In this document: positions 49,242 through 63,050 of the stretch, in pieces
How the letters are laid out: each line of letters opens with the position of its first letter
Position numbering within the stretch: position 1 is the first letter of the stretch
DNA from: Squalus acanthias
Taxonomy: Eukaryota
Direction: 5' to 3'
DNA length: 64,000 nt
NCBI GenBank assembly: GCA_030390025.1
Contig: CM059432.1
Coordinates: 119,538,001-119,602,000 of the forward strand
Made by a program: the position numbers and the translations under genes
The notes under the pieces: generated by a model
What the model saw: only the letters and a program-made list of their open reading frames with translations
Told to the model about the DNA's origin: nothing
The model's database searches: none

Positions 49242-52200
49242 GGGCTCAATTTAAATAGGCCTGAGGAGGTGGGTTTGGAGGTGGGTCGGCAGCGGAAATT
49301 GGAAAAAATGGCTTGCTAATCCTATTTTGATAGTGGTGTCCCATTTTTGTGCTTCTGGAAACTTGTCAGAAACAGGCCAGGTTCAAGGAGACAAATTGGT
49401 GGAGAACATGATTTGTATTCATTGGTGGAGCACTTTAAAAGCACCCTGAAACATGGCTGATATTCAAATGCAACAACTTTGCTGTTGTAGGTATGAGATA
49501 AGATTTTGCACATCTATTGACCTTGTGACTTTTCAAGCTGATACCCACCTGCAGTGTGACCTGAATGGAATAATTTCAGGCCACCTCGACTGTGCGCTTG
49601 CAAGCTTGTTGCCTCAAATGAAATCTATAGCAAGGGATGGGAAAAATGTATGTCCTCTCTCATCATGGTCCTCATAATTGGAGGAGTAGCAGCCGCGTGG
49701 CTCACCACATATCTTCCTGGGAAGAGAAGGAGGAGGATGAGGGGTGCCTTGCATGCCCTGTTGTGACCAATGCAGCATCCCTCCAGTTCACTGCTGCCCG
49801 TCAAGCAGGGTATGCACGCTGCCATGCCACATTCGCATAAGCTTACTCTTCAACCATACGTGGCTACCATATGGCTCTGTAATTGTAGGCGAAATTTGTC
49901 CAACGTCATACATCATCTCTGCTATACCCGGTTATTTCCTATCACTTTCACCATCAGCATTACAAAAGCAAGTTGAACTGAGCCCTCAATGTGCTTTTGC
50001 CATTTCCCAGAACACATCGGCCACATAATCAACTGTTTGTCATAATGTTTCTTTTACACAGCACAACAGGATGATAAACCAAGAACAGTCAGAAAAAAAG
50101 ACAAAACACCCAACTGATTCCCCTTGTGACTATATGTGCTTAATCTTTCTCTTACGCATGCTTCTATGTGGTGCTTCCCGTGTGGCTTCAGCAGATGTAG
50201 AGGTACCTTGATGACTAGGATGCTGCGCCTGCTTAGATGCCTTTGGTGGGTGTCCTCTGGGTTTAGGAGCCTGGGAGGGCTCTTCAACAGTCTGCTCTTC
50301 CTGCGGCTGTGCAGGGGCTGAAATGGCCATCTCAGTTGTCCCCGCAAAGTGGGTCTCTGACAGAGGGCTCCGCAGTGGCATGGTCGTGTGAGCGCTTTGA
50401 GAGGAGCCCACACTTCCTTGTGTCCTGCCAACAACATCCATCTCATGGGTCAGCCACACCTCAGTGCTGGCAAGTGGATGGAGATCACCTTGCTGCACAT
50501 CAGGGGGACCATGAGGACCCGTATCTGCACTGGCAGTCCTCATCACAAGGACGTCCATGAAGCTCTGGTCTCTCTGCTCAATAGCTGCCCATTGCTCCTC
50601 CAGAGATGACATTCTATTTTGAACAGTCACCATGTTTTCCTGACTTTGGCGACTTATTTCCTCCATGGCGGTAGCCATCCTTTCCATGGAGGTAGCCAGC
50701 CTTTCCACGGAGGTTGCCATCCTATCCATGGTGGTGCGTTCATGCGCCATTGCCCCCACCACGGCAGTGCTGATGTTAGAGATGGATTCCTCCATTCTCT
50801 CCACACTCGCACTAACCCTGGAGGCAAACCCTTCCAGAAACTCCTGCACTTGTTCCTGTATTTCCCGAGAAGCTCTTTTTCTGGATGACCCCAGAGGCAC
50901 AGCGTCTGCATGCTAGGAGATTGCTGCAACCTCCGCCGAGGACTCTCCACTGCTGTCGCTGTCTCCACCATCTGCTGATGCTCACTTGTGCACTATGATA
51001 GACCAGGTGACGACACTACTCTAACACGCGAGGGCCCCACCGAGGTGTGCGTTGCTGCATTGGTGCTGGGTGCACTGAGTCCTGGTGATGCTGCTCCCTC
51101 AGAGGCTTCAGGTTCCACTGAGCAGTTGTCCGGCTCTTCATCCTGGATCATGGGGAGGGGGACGCTCGATGGTACTGTGGGCGAGTAAAGGCATGATTTG
51201 GACATCTGATATTGATGTAGCAGACACATCCTTTTGAGCAGATGATACAACGCAATTCTCTATGAACATCATATGCCATTGCAGTCAATCACTAAATGTC
51301 AATGAGAGGGACAAAACTCTATTTTGTCACCAGCTTCCTCTAGTGTGCCCGTCTCTCCATCACCCACTTCCAGGTCCTCACCACCTCCAACAATTTTGTA
51401 TGCAGCCTCCTCAGCACTGGGCAGTGTTGCGAAGGTAGGTGTACCTCCTCCAGTCAGTGCTCTCTCCCTCTTATTCTGGGCTATCTTTTCCTGCAAGGAG
51501 GGACACAAGCGGAGTTTCAACCACAGTGATGGAGTGAGTGTGAAGAATCCCTACCATAGAAGCTTTGAGGGAGACAAAGATGGGGTAAGGTGCCAAGAGG
51601 AAGGTAGCTCCCTGTGCGTTGTTAGTTGTCACTGCATGACAGTGAGAGCGAGTCTAAGGGGTGTATAGGCAGGATGCTGAAGTGATTCAGTGCAGAGACA
51701 GAGATGGATAGGTAAGGGTGCAAGGGAAGTAAGGGTAGGGTGGTATGTGGAGGAGAAGGCTTACAACGCAGAGTGTTGGTGATGAGAAGAGAAGGGAAAC
51801 AGATTGAAGGTAAGTGTGATGGGATACTCACTTTTGATGCTCGCACAAGATCATTAAACCTTTTTCGGCACTGGATCCATGAGCGTGAACATATGGACCT
51901 TGCGCTGACCTCCTGAGCAATGCACAGCCAGGCTGCCTTGGTCTGCTGAGGAGGCTTCCTCCGGCCAATAGGATGGAAGAGAATCTCCTTACGCCCTCTG
52001 ATAGCATCCATAAGAACTTGGAGGGACTCATCATTAAACCGAGGAGCTGCCTTGCCTCTGGAAGAAGTCATTGTGGATCGATCAATCTCACTGAGTATCA
52101 GAATGCAGAAGAGAAAGGCTTAGGCTGGATGGCAGCGTTAAAACCAACTGCTATGATGACATCATCAGAGGTGGCCTGCCGACCCGATCGCACTCATTGG

Positions 52201-52342
52201 ACCAGCCAGCACGCCTCATTGAAATTAACAAGCTCATTAAATCAAAATCGGACATCAGCAGCTGATCCCGCCGGAAGCGGCTCCGGAACCCGCCCTCCAC
52301 ACATCCCGACTCCAACCCGCCTCGGAAATAAACATCAAGCCC
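49242..52342 (-). mobile_element. Harbinger element that keeps the Myb gene but lacks a recognisable transposase
   Basis: Ends GGGCTCAATTT / AAACATCAAGCCC; TSD CTG/CTG. Confidence 0.7.
50130..52071 (-). pseudogene. Three-exon Myb/SANT-like (MSANTD-type) gene: 52071-51832, 51490-51331, 51174-50130
   Basis: Exon 1 APRFNDESLQVLMDAI..AW..IAQEV..RSWIQCRKRFNDL; exon 2 EKIAQNKRERALTGGG; GT-AG introns in phases 0 and 1; exon 3 has a stop at 50993, one frameshift at ~50900, heptad repeats and a basic C-terminus RKRKIK. Confidence 0.88.
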
Positions 52343-52904
52343 CTGGTCTCTGCTGGGCTCCAATTCCTACTCAGTAGCCAGTGAATCCTGTTGCAAAATG
52401 ATATGTGTGGTTTTCAGTTAAGGACAGGATCGGGTGAAGCTGTGATGCACTTCATAATACCGAATTGAGGTATTGCCAGCACCTCTGAAACCATACTCAA
52501 ACAAAAAAAGGAAGTGATGCAGGCGAATAAACATCTTTCCAGTATAGCTGCACAAAAATGTCTACACATCATCGTTTTGGGAAAAAAATGTAAAACATGA
52601 AAAATAATTAGCATATGTCATTGCAATGTTTAGAATTAAATAATTCTGTCAGCCCCTTTATAAGTGTGTGCAAAATTACTGGAAACATAAATAAAGAAGT
52701 ATGTAATGAACATAAAATGTGAAATGATTTGTGTTTCAAAGCCATGCACATTTGTTCTATTTACTGATTCCATAAATGACTGGCTGTTGAATGTTTAAAA
52801 AGAACTCATAACTCAAAGGATCCTCGACAAGGTTTGTTAACACATCTGGATGCTGCCTCATGCCTACCCTTTCCTCCCTTTCATACCCCTCCCTCTTCCA
52901 GACT

Positions 52905-53360
52905 AAAAAAAGACTTGAAAGACTTGCATTTATATAGCACCTTTCACAACCTCAGGTCATCCCAAAGCACTTTACAGCCAATTGAGTACTTTTGGAGTGT
53001 AGTCACTGTTGTAGGAAATGCAGCAGCTAATTTGTGTACAGCAAGCTCCCACAAACAGCAATCTGATAATGACCAGAGAATCTGTTTTAGTGATGTTGGT
53101 TGAGAGATAAATATTGGTCAGGACACTGGGAGAACTCCGCTGCTCTTCGTTAAAATAGTGCCATGGGATCTTTCATATCCACCTGACAGGGCAAACGGGG
53201 ACGAAATTTAACATCTCATCCGAAAGATGGCACCTCTGACGGCGTAGCACTCCTACAGCACTGCACTGGAGTGTCAGCCTAAATTTTGTGCTCAAGTCCT
53301 TGGAGTGGGACTTGAACCCACAACCTTCTGACTCAGACAAGAGACTACTACCACTGAGCT
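52905..53360 (-). mobile_element. Full-length Deu-domain SINE
   Basis: Head GCTCAGTGG...GGGTTCAAGTCC, body and tail. Confidence 0.88.
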
Positions 53361-53817
53361 CTGGCATGAAACATTTCATAATCTTCATAGGATTGAAGGG
53401 AGCTCCAAATGATATCATCCTGGAACAAAAAGAAGGAAGAATGTTGGTTTCTCACAAGTGTGGTGAGCAGATTAACTTGAGAGCCAATGAGTTCTGCCAA
53501 CTGTGCATCATCTCAATATATAGCTGGCTGTTATCAGAGTGCACAGTGTCATGGACATTTTGAACATCTTGCTGAAGCAAGCAAATTCCTCCTCCTGCAT
53601 ACTTTGTAAACAGGAAGCCAATATTACATCACTTACCTCAGCCATGGTGTATAATAATGGACCCAGGAAATTATACATGTGATTTGCAAGACTTCACTAA
53701 ATGTTATTGACAAAACCATTGTAGAATACCTGATGAACATTGACAGGACATTACTTCTTATTTATGAGATAATTAAAGAAAAACGTATACATAGCACTTA
53801 CCAGAATGGGAAGAATT

Positions 53818-54670
53818 ATTTTATTTATTCCTGGGATGTGGGCGTCGCTGGCAAAGCCAGTATTTATTGTCCTTCCTTAATTGCCCTTGAGAAGGTGGTG
53901 GTGAACCTCCTTCTTGAGCTGCTGCAGTCCTTGTGGTGGAGATACTCCCACAGTGCTGTTAGGGAGGGAGCGGTACACACTGCAGCCACGGCACGCCAGT
54001 GGTGGAGGGAATGAATATTTAAGGTGGTGGATGGGGTGTCAATCAAGCGACTGCTTTGTCCAAATGGGAAGCCTAGGACACTGCCCTGAGGAACTCCTGC
54101 AGCAATGTCCTGAGGCTGAGATGATTGACCTCCAACAACCACAACCAGCTTCCTTTGTGCTACGTATGACTCCAGCCAGTGGAGAGTTTTCCCCCTGATT
54201 CCCATTGACTACAATTTTACTAAGGCTCCTTGATGCCACACTCAGTCAAATGCTGCCTTGATGACAAGGGCAGTCACTCTCACCTCACCTCTGGAATTCA
54301 GCTCTTTTGTCCATGTTTGGACCAAGGCTGTAATGAGCTGAGTGGTCCTGGTGGAACCCAAACTGAGCATTGGTAAGCAGGTGAGTAAGTGCCACTTGAT
54401 AGCACTGTCGACGACACATTCCATCACTTTGCTGATGATTGAGAGTAAACTGATGGGGTGGTAATTGGCTGGATTGGATTTGTCCTGTTTTTTGTGGACA
54501 GGACATGCCTGGGCAGTTTTCCACATTGTCGAGTAGATGCCAGTGTTGTGGCTGTACTGGAACAGCTTGGCTAGAGGCACGGCTAGTTCTGGAGCACAAG
54601 TCTTCAGCATGACAGCCAGGATGTTGTCAGGGCCTATAGCCTTTGCTGTACATAATGCGTTCAGCCATTT
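53818..54670 (-). mobile_element. Internally deleted copy of the 6121-type LINE
   Basis: LKTCAPELAVPL..YHPISLLS..GVPQGSVLG joined to the 3' tail. Confidence 0.85.
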
Positions 54671-54832
54671 CTTTAATGTAGCAGGTGGATGTTAAAGTTT
54701 CATGGGAATATTCAAAGAGCATGGAGTTCTCCCAATCTTCTGGCTCACTCTCCTCCCTCAACCAACACCAGTAAAATACAGATTAACCAGTTGCTGCATT
54801 TGCTTACATAACAACAGTCAAAGTAATTCATT

Positions 54833-55589
54833 GGCCCGGATATTCCGATCCCTACGGGTGTGTACGCGCTGTGTACACATCCGTAGAGACATCAGAAAGG
54901 CCGGTTTCAGGCATGCACAGCGCATGCGCTGAAAACTGGCATTTCCGATCTGTCAAGAATGCTCTTGACAGATCGAATGCCTGCCCTGGAGAAGGGCCTC
55001 TGCGGGCAGATAATTCCGCTTTATGGAGACCCTCCGCCTGCAGAAAACCCTTAGAATTCTTACGCCTGGTAAAAGCAGGTGTAAGGCTTGCTTCTACCAG
55101 CATAAGTATTGAAAAAAGTAAAAAAAAAAAATGTTCACTCATTTATCATTTAAAAATACTTTAAAAAATGTAAGTTTATTTTTAGCCCCGTAAAAAACTT
55201 TAATTATTTTTTTCAAAAAATTAAATTTTTGTGTCAAATATTTAATTTATTGTAATCTCAACTAATTTTAAAAATCTGATGTTTTTTAAAATTTATTTAA
55301 TGTTTTGAAGTGTTTTTGGGGTGATCTCCATTCATATATTTGACAGGTCTATCTGTCAAGTGTAACAAGAGAGATTCCCTTCTTTGATTGGCTCCCCATG
55401 ACCCACGTGATCCCAGGGATGCTTGCGAACCACATGCACCTCTGGGATACGTAGGCCGTGCACACTTGGAATTGGAGAGGCCCAGCATCGGAACTATATG
55501 CACCTCGGGAGCCCTCAGGTAAGTGCGTAGATTTATTCCAGATCGGAGGCCTCCGCACGCGGGAAGCCTCCGATCGGGAAATGCGGCCC
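54833..55589 (-). mobile_element. MITE family B, subfamily 2
   Basis: GGCCCGGATATTCCG...CGGGAAATGCGGCCC; TSD ATT/ATT. Confidence 0.88.
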
Positions 55590-55984
55590 ATTGTATGTGA
55601 AGCATTTTGAATTGTTTCTGAGAGCTGAAGCAACATACTATATAAATGAGAGTTTATTTTTTCTGTTTGTCTCCGGCATAATAGTTTATAGTGTGTTCGT
55701 AAAATCTTGCATGCATATTTTAATGTATTGATATTTTTTTCTATGGTTGTCCTATTGCAAGAAAGCATGAGCAAGAAAAGGCCATTGAGCACATCAAGCC
55801 CATCACTCCTTCCAGTCCATGTACAATTTGGCCTATTATGGATGCCAGCAACCCATGCTATGAACATTGATGATCCAAATCTATCAATAGTCTTCTATTA
55901 AGGACGATAATGTTTTATTGCCATGTTTCAGGCTTCTATACTGCTTTACTCGTGCAAACAGTTCTGCTCCAGTCAAAAGGCAAT

Positions 55985-56733
55985 GGGCCAGAAATTCGGG
56001 TCGGAGGCTTCCCGCGGGTGCAAGCCCCCAACCTGCACTTACCTAGCGCATCTGCCATTGTGCTGTGGGCCCGCGTGGGATTCCGATCCTGGGCCTCCTC
56101 CAGCTGCTGGTGTGCAGTGCTTGCGTATCCCAGGGGCGCAGTTAGTTCGAAGCGTCCCCTGGGATCACGTGGTCCACGGGGAGCCAATCGGAGCAGGGAA
56201 TCTCCATTCATAGATTTGACAGGAAGACCTGTCAAATCTATGAATAGAGATTGGCCCCAAAATCTAACTAAAACTTCAAATAAATTTAAAAAAAAACATC
56301 ACATTTTTAAAATAACTATAAATTACATAAATTAACTATTTTAAACAAAAATTTTAATTTTTGAAAAAATTACTTACAGTTTTTAACGGGGCTAAAAATA
56401 AACTTACCTTTCTTTAAAGTATTTGAAAAAGATAAACCTGTGGAAAAAATGTTTATATTTTACTTAATTCACCACTTACCTTGTTAAAACCAAGCCTTGC
56501 GCCTGCTTTTTCAACGCGCAGCTGCTAGGGACTTACCCTCACAGAAAAAAAATCGGAGGTTCCAAGAGTACGCGCTGCCTCTCCGGCGCACGTGTTTGAC
56601 CTCCGAACCCCTTCCTTCAAGGGAATGGAAGTTCCGGTTTCCAGCGCATGCACACGCGAAACCAACACTTTCGTTGGGTCTATGGGTGAGTACACTGCGC
56701 GTACTCACCCGTGGAGACCCGAATTTCTGGCCC
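55985..56733 (+). mobile_element. MITE family B copy 3
   Basis: GGGCCAGAAATTCGGGTC...GACCCGAATTTCTGGCCC (18-bp perfect TIR); flanks AAT/GAT. Confidence 0.92.
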
Positions 56734-57169
56734 GATATCTTTGGTTGGTGACTCTTCTTCCCACACCCTTTTCCATCCCTTCCCAACTCCAGCACAAAGT
56801 GTCACATTCACTTGACTAAATCAAGTGGTTTATTGGTGTTTGTTTAAAGTGGTAAATTTTAATAATTTTAACCTTAAGACTGTAGACAGGATGAGGGAAA
56901 CTCCGATCTCCCTGACTGCTTGATTTTGTTTATATTCAACTCACCCATTGTGATTCATAAAATACAGCTAACCTTACAGTAATAAAATGAGTGAAATGGA
57001 ACAGATTAACCTCAAACTATTCAGGTATACACTAAAAAGCTGATTTCACTATCGGATGCTCCCAACAACGGCACTCATAGGGAGTGTATGTCTGCAAAAT
57101 CATGAGTTAAATATCAGCCATTACCTAGCCTGTAATCTCTGTGAGGCCCCATTCTTTTTTACCAATTAA

Positions 57170-57572
57170 GAAAGAAAGACTTGCATTTATATAGCGCCTT
57201 CCGACCACCGGTCATCTCAAAGCGCTTTACAGCCAATGAAGTACTTTTGGAGTGGAGTTACTGTTGTGATGTGGGAAACACAGCAGCCAATTTGCACACA
57301 ACAAACTCCCAGTTTTTGTTATGTTGACTGAGGGATAAATATTGACCACGACATATCTCCCCTGCTCTTCTTCGAAATAGTGCCACGGGATCTTTTACAT
57401 CCACCTGAGAAAGGAGACGGAGCCTCAGTTTAGCGTCTCATCCGAAAGACAGCACAGCACTCCCTCAGCACTGCACTGTCAGCCTAGCTTTATGTGTTCA
57501 TGTCCCTGGAGTGGGACTTGAACCCACAACCTTCTGACTCAGAGGCGCATGTGTTACCAACTGAGCCACAGC
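57170..57572 (-). mobile_element. Deu-domain SINE
   Basis: Head TGGCTCAGTTGG / GGGTTCAAGTCC; (TTTC)n tail. Confidence 0.88.
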
Positions 57573-57579
57573 TGATTAA

Positions 57580-59575
57580 TTACATAGGTATGAGTGGTGA
57601 GTTGGCTAAGGTAAATTGGGAAATTAGATTAAAATGTATCACAGTAGATAAGCAATGGCAAACATTTAAAGAAATATGCCAAAATTTTCAACAAATATAT
57701 ATTCCATTGAGAAATAGAAACTCCATGGGAAAAGACATCCATCCGTGGCTAACTAATGAAGTTAAGGATAACATTAGATTAGAAGAAGAGGTTTGTAATG
57801 TTGCAAAGAATAGTAGTAAGCCTGACGATTAGGAGAGCTTTAGAAACCAGCAAAGGATGACTAAAAAATTGATAAAAAGTGAGAAAATAGAATGAGAGTA
57901 GGCAAGCAAGAAATATAAAAACAGATTGTAAGAGCTTCTATAATTATGTAAAAAGGAAGAGAGAAGCAAAAGTAAGTGTTGGTCCCTTCGAGGCTGAGAC
58001 AGGTGAAATTATAACGGGGAATAAGGAAATGGGAGAGACTTTAAACAAATATTTTGTATCTGTCTTCACAGTAGAAGACACAACAAGCGTATCAAAAATA
58101 ATGGGGAACCAAGGCACTAATAAGAGTTAGGAATTTAAGGTAATTAATATCAGTTAAGAAAAAGTACTTGAGAAACTAATGGGACTAAAAGGCAACAAAT
58201 CCCCTGGACCTGACGGCCTACATCCTAGGGTTCCAAAAGAGGTGGCTGTAGAGATAATGGATGCATTGGTTGTGATCTTCCAAAATTCCCTAAATTCTAG
58301 AACAGTCCCAGCGGATTGGAAATAGGTAATGTAACCCTGCTATTCAAGAAAGGACGGAGAAAGAAAACAGGGAACTACAGGCCAGTTAGCCTGACATCAG
58401 TTGTCGGGAAAATGCTGGAATCCATTATTAAGGAAGTGGTAACAGGGTACTTAGAAAATCATAATATGATTAGGCAGAGTCAATATGGTTTTATGAAAGG
58501 GAAATCACGTTTGACAAATTTATTAGATTTTTTGAGGATGTAACTCTTAGTGTAGATAAAGGGGAACCAGTGGATGTAGTATGTTTGGATTTCCAAAAGG
58601 CATCGATAAGGTGCCACATAAAAGATTGCTACGCAAGATAAGGGCTCAAGGAGGCGGGGAGCTACTGGTAGCGCTCCCCCTCCCTCTTGGGGCGCTACCA
58701 TTCAATATCGAGCCACCACATGCAACAGCACCATGCGCGTCGGCACGTAGCGCCGCGGTATTGCAGGCCTCCCTCCCTTTGGGGCGCTAACGGGAGGCGC
58801 AATGTAATCCAATTCTTCCCCTATGAGGTTTTTCACTTTGGTAGGAAGAATAGAAAAACAGAATATTTTTTAAATGGTGAGAAACTATTAATTGTTGGGT
58901 GTTCACAGAGATTTAGGTGTCCTCATACAGGAAACGCAAACATTTAGCATGCAGGTACAGCAAGCAATTAGGAAGGCGAATGGCATTTTGGCCTTTATTG
59001 CAAGGGGGTTGGAGTACAAGAATAAGGAAGTCTTGCTACAATTGTACAGGGCTTTGGTGAGACCACACCTGGAGTACTGTGCACAGTTTTGATCTCCTTA
59101 TCTTGGAGGCGGTGCAACGAAGGCTCACATAGATTGATCCCTGGGATGAGAGGGTTGTTCTATGAGGAGATTAGAAGAATGAGAGGTGATCTCATTGAAA
59201 CATAGAAGATTCTGATGGGGATTGACAGGGTAGATGCTGAGAGGTTGTTTCCCCTGGCTGGAGAGTCTAGAACTAGGAGGCATATCAGGATAAGGGCTCA
59301 GCCATTTAAGACTGAGATGAGGAGGAATTTCTTCACTCAGAGGGTTGTGAATTTTTGGAATTCTCTGACCCAAAGGGCTGTGGATGCTGAGTCATTGAGT
59401 ATGTTCAAGGCTGAGATAGATAGATTTTTGGACTCTAGGGGAATCAAGGGATATGGGGATCGGGCGGGAAAGAGGAGTTGAGGTCAAAGATCAGCCATGA
59501 TCTTATTGAATGGTGGAGCAGGCTCGAAGGGCTCGAAGGGCTTACTCCTGCTCCTAATTCTTATGTTCTTACATT
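57580..59575 (+). mobile_element. CR1 LINE, degraded, central RT replaced by a Harbinger-type fragment (58648-58820)
   Basis: GNYRPVSLTSVVGK, SQYGFMKGKS, LVRPHLEYC; (TTCTTATG)n tail; GVPQGS/FADD region absent. Confidence 0.9.
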
Positions 59576-60334
59576 CTTTACTGGCAAAGCCTGATCACAG
59601 AATCAATGCTTAAAGCACAATTTTAGCTAAAGTAAAATGTAAATGTTTCTGAGTTAAAAATCATATTGTGTGCTATTATTAACGAGAGTGTTAGCATGTT
59701 CAAATGATTTTTTACATTACATAGAATTACTTTGAATTTCCAGCACAGAAACAGACCATTCGGCCCAACTGGTCCATGCCAGTGTTTATGTGCCACACAA
59801 GCCTCCTCCCACCTTTCTTCTAACCCTATCTGCATATTTTCTATCTGTTATACTGATAAAGGTGCTAACCTATGTAAAATAAATAGGTTAATATCTTTGC
59901 TTAATAATGGATAAATTAGTTTTGTATGAATACGTTAACATTTTCATTGCTAATACTGCATAGTGCAAATCCTGTCCAATTGTCTCTGTTTACTCTGTCT
60001 TCCTTATTCTCCCCTTAGAGGCTTAGAAGATTTTAAGGTATCCGTCCTCTTCTAACTTTTGGCTCCCACCCTCCATTTTGGAGGCAAACTTAGAAATGCT
60101 GGGACCCTGAAATTCCATGGGGGTTTCTCCCAGTATCCCCTCCATAACTCTGGCAGGAGACCAGTGGTAATGACCTTAACAGTTAAAAACAGAAGTTCAG
60201 GGCCTGGGTTTTCTTTGGCTGCCAACTGACTTTGAAGACTCCACTGGGAAGATAACATGAGAGAGGAAATCAAAGGAAGTTCGGATGTTATGTATAATTC
60301 ACTTTTCCTGTAAACAACGCATTCTCCTGCATTG

Positions 60335-60760
60335 AAAAACAGCAAATGTTGGAAATACATCGGTCAGTCAGCATCTGTAAAGAGAAAAGACAGGCTAATA
60401 TTTTGGGTGTAGACGTTCATCAGAACAGAAAACGTTGGGGGGTGGGATAAAGAAGCAGGGAAGAAACAACAGGTACTTCAATCACAGAGAGGTACTTCAG
60501 TCACAGAGAGGAACTTAATAGGTTGAATGACCTTCATACTTCTATTTTTATATTAATTTCCATAAATGTTCTTGCTATGATTGAAGTATCTGTAGTTTCT
60601 TCTCATTCCTTTCACTTTTTATTTCAACCTTTTAAGATGCTTTCTAATCTTTCAGTTTTCAGTTCTGATGAAGGGTTACACCCAAAGCTATCTTTTCTCT
60701 TTCCAACTGCTGACTAGCCTGCTGTATATTTCCAATTTTAGATTTCCAATATTCGCAGTT
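60335..60760. repeat. Inverted pair of old Penelope termini with decayed hammerhead cores
   Basis: Plus-strand AGTTCTGATGAAGGGTTACACCCAAAG (60661) and minus-strand GTTCTGATGAACGTCTACACCCAAAA (~60400-60426). Confidence 0.65.
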
Positions 60761-61154
60761 TTTTTCTTTCCATTGTCCTGTATTGACATGCTGATTTTCC
60801 AGTACACACACACCTTGGATCACAGTGAAAGGAACCATCAATTTTCACCTGAAATGGTCTGCGATGCTTGGCAGCAGCCAATGATATGAGGGACACATCA
60901 TTTTCAGATGCATTTCTCAGTTCCATAGGAAGAGCAAGCTGTCAGTGGTACTCACGCTTGTGATTGGTAACTCACTCATTGTTGAGGGTGGGGGCTTGGA
61001 AATCCAACGGAGGCCCTGCAATTTAAAGGCAGCCTGCACTTCTTTGGTTAATGCTGCCTTCTTTACCTGCTGCTGCCTGTAAAATGACTGCTGCTAGAGT
61101 CCCCCAGCCCCCGCCCCCCCCCGCCCCCCGCCACAGCCCTGTTTCTCTTATGGT

Positions 61155-61270
61155 CATGATGCGGAGATGCCGGTGTTGGACTGGGGTGGACAAAATTGAG
61201 AGGTCGCACAACACCAGGTTATAGTCCAACAGTTTTATTTGAAATCACAAGCTTTCGGAACTATCGCTCC
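61155..61270 (-). mobile_element. 116-bp retroposed fragment, probably a Penelope-type terminus
   Basis: 12-bp TSD TTCTCTTATGGT (61143-61154 / 61271-61282); minus strand GGAGCGATAGTTCCGAAAGCTT then AATAAA. Confidence 0.65.
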
Positions 61271-61289
61271 TTCTCTTATGGTGGCATAG

Positions 61290-62570
61290 AGGTCCTGGTG
61301 AAGGAGGTGACCAGAAAGAAGGAGGTGCCCAACAGTGGGCAGAGATTGCCGACCATGTGAATGCCAGACACATCATACAAAAAGGACCTGGCAGCAATGC
61401 TGGAAGAAATTCAATGACTTGACCAGAACTGCTAAGGTAAGATTCCCATTTATAGCTTTCTTATGCTCTGCACAGCCCTGCATCACTCTATTCTTGCCCC
61501 AGCATTAATAAGCTTTCAATTTCTCTCCTCCAATCACAAGGCAAATGTTAATGTACCTCTTTCTATTTCAACTTACACGCTCTGCTATTGCCCTCACAAC
61601 TACTGGTCCCTCTTCCCAACAACTCTCACCACACACATAATATTAAACTGTCACAGATATCTTCACAACCCTTCAGCAGGCCACACACAAACACACTCCC
61701 ACTCTTCATACAGGACAAGCTGGCGCACAACAGGAGGGAGATGACTGTAAATGGTGGAGGACCACCAGCAATGCTAGCACTGATGTGAATGGAGGAGATT
61801 GCGTTTGATATCATTGGCAGAGGTGAGGGCACAAATCGTGACAGATGGCAAGGCTGGAGAAAGTGTTCCACAGGGTGTTGGCCATCTTCCTCCTTTTCTC
61901 GAGACTCCACTCTCTCCCTCACACACTCGGCATGACAAACTAATGGCCCTAAGAGCTGCTTTCACTTGTCACTAAGTGCTAATATATCTCTCGTCTTTCC
62001 AGGTCCTCTCACAAGTCCCAGGACCAGCTGCACAAGAGGAAAAGGAGGCAGCACTGCAGAATATGCACCCTCACTCTCATTAACTCGTGCAAGCAACAGC
62101 TCAGGAATTGGCACCCGGGTACTATTGGAAGTGAATTGCGAAGTCAGCACTGGGTGATTCACTGAGCACAGTTAAACAGGAGCAAGGACAGGGAGAAAAG
62201 ATAGCAAGCTTGCCTCCTAGGGGGCACAGATGAGGATTTGCAGGGCCCAGCTTTTAAAGATAACTTATTGGTATCCACCACCAATTGATCCGTGCATTCA
62301 ACTGCCTGCAAGGGAACTCTCACACCATGTCAGACAGTGTGGAGGAGTCACCGTCCAACTTGTGTAGTGTCATCGAGCATGGCTTTCAGCTCTATGCATT
62401 CTGCAGTGGGGCCCTCAGTTATGGAGCCTGTGGCAACAGCTGTAGCAGTGTTGATGGATGCTCAGACTGCTGCTGTTCAAGGTCTGAACTCAAGGTAGCA
62501 CCTCGTAGGAGCACCAGAACAGGAAGGAGAGCACTAAAGACAGGCTCTAGGGGTTTGCACCAGGGTGATC
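61290..62570 (+). pseudogene. Three-exon Harbinger Myb-like remnant
   Basis: RTWQQCWKKFNDLTRTAK|GTAAGA; exon 2 DKLAHNRREMTVNGGG (61713). Confidence 0.8.
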
Positions 62571-62574
62571 CTTA

Positions 62575-63050
62575 GGGCTGGATTTTGTCTTGGGGTTGGG
62601 TTAGGGTCGTGTAATCCGCATTTCGTGTTTCCCCCCTGACTCCAGATTAATGTGGATGCCTGATGCAATTTTCACTTAATTGGGCAATTAAGTTGGAGCA
62701 TGTGGGAGCCCATGAACTAATTAGTGTTTTCAGTCTGAAAGTCGCCTCTGATGATGTGATGTCATCATTGCTGACTGCCTAGTTTCAGAGACTGTTGGTG
62801 AGAGAGGACCTGCCTGGCTTTTGATGTGAGTGGACCTGCAAAGAAGGCATGGCAGGAGGTAGCAAAGGAGGTCAGTAGCAGGAGCATCACTGTGAGGTCC
62901 TGGATACAGTGCCACAAAAACTTCAATGACTTGACCAGGTCAGGAAAGGTCAGTAAATGTAAAGTTGCACCTGCATCCTGCAGTGCATCCCTCTGAGTCT
63001 TCTTGTCAATCATACTCCATTTACACTCACTTCACTTTCATCAGCACTGC
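62575..63050 (+). mobile_element. Family A left end joined to a Myb exon 1 remnant
   Basis: GGGCTGGATTTT TIR; matches ~1690-1930; then KKAWQEVAKEVSSRSITVRSWIQCHKNFNDLTRSGK|GTCAGT. Confidence 0.8.

Noticed and set aside
50130..52071. Host MSANTD/NAIF1 gene
   Set aside because: Enclosed by TIRs and a TSD; carries a nonsense codon and a frameshift.
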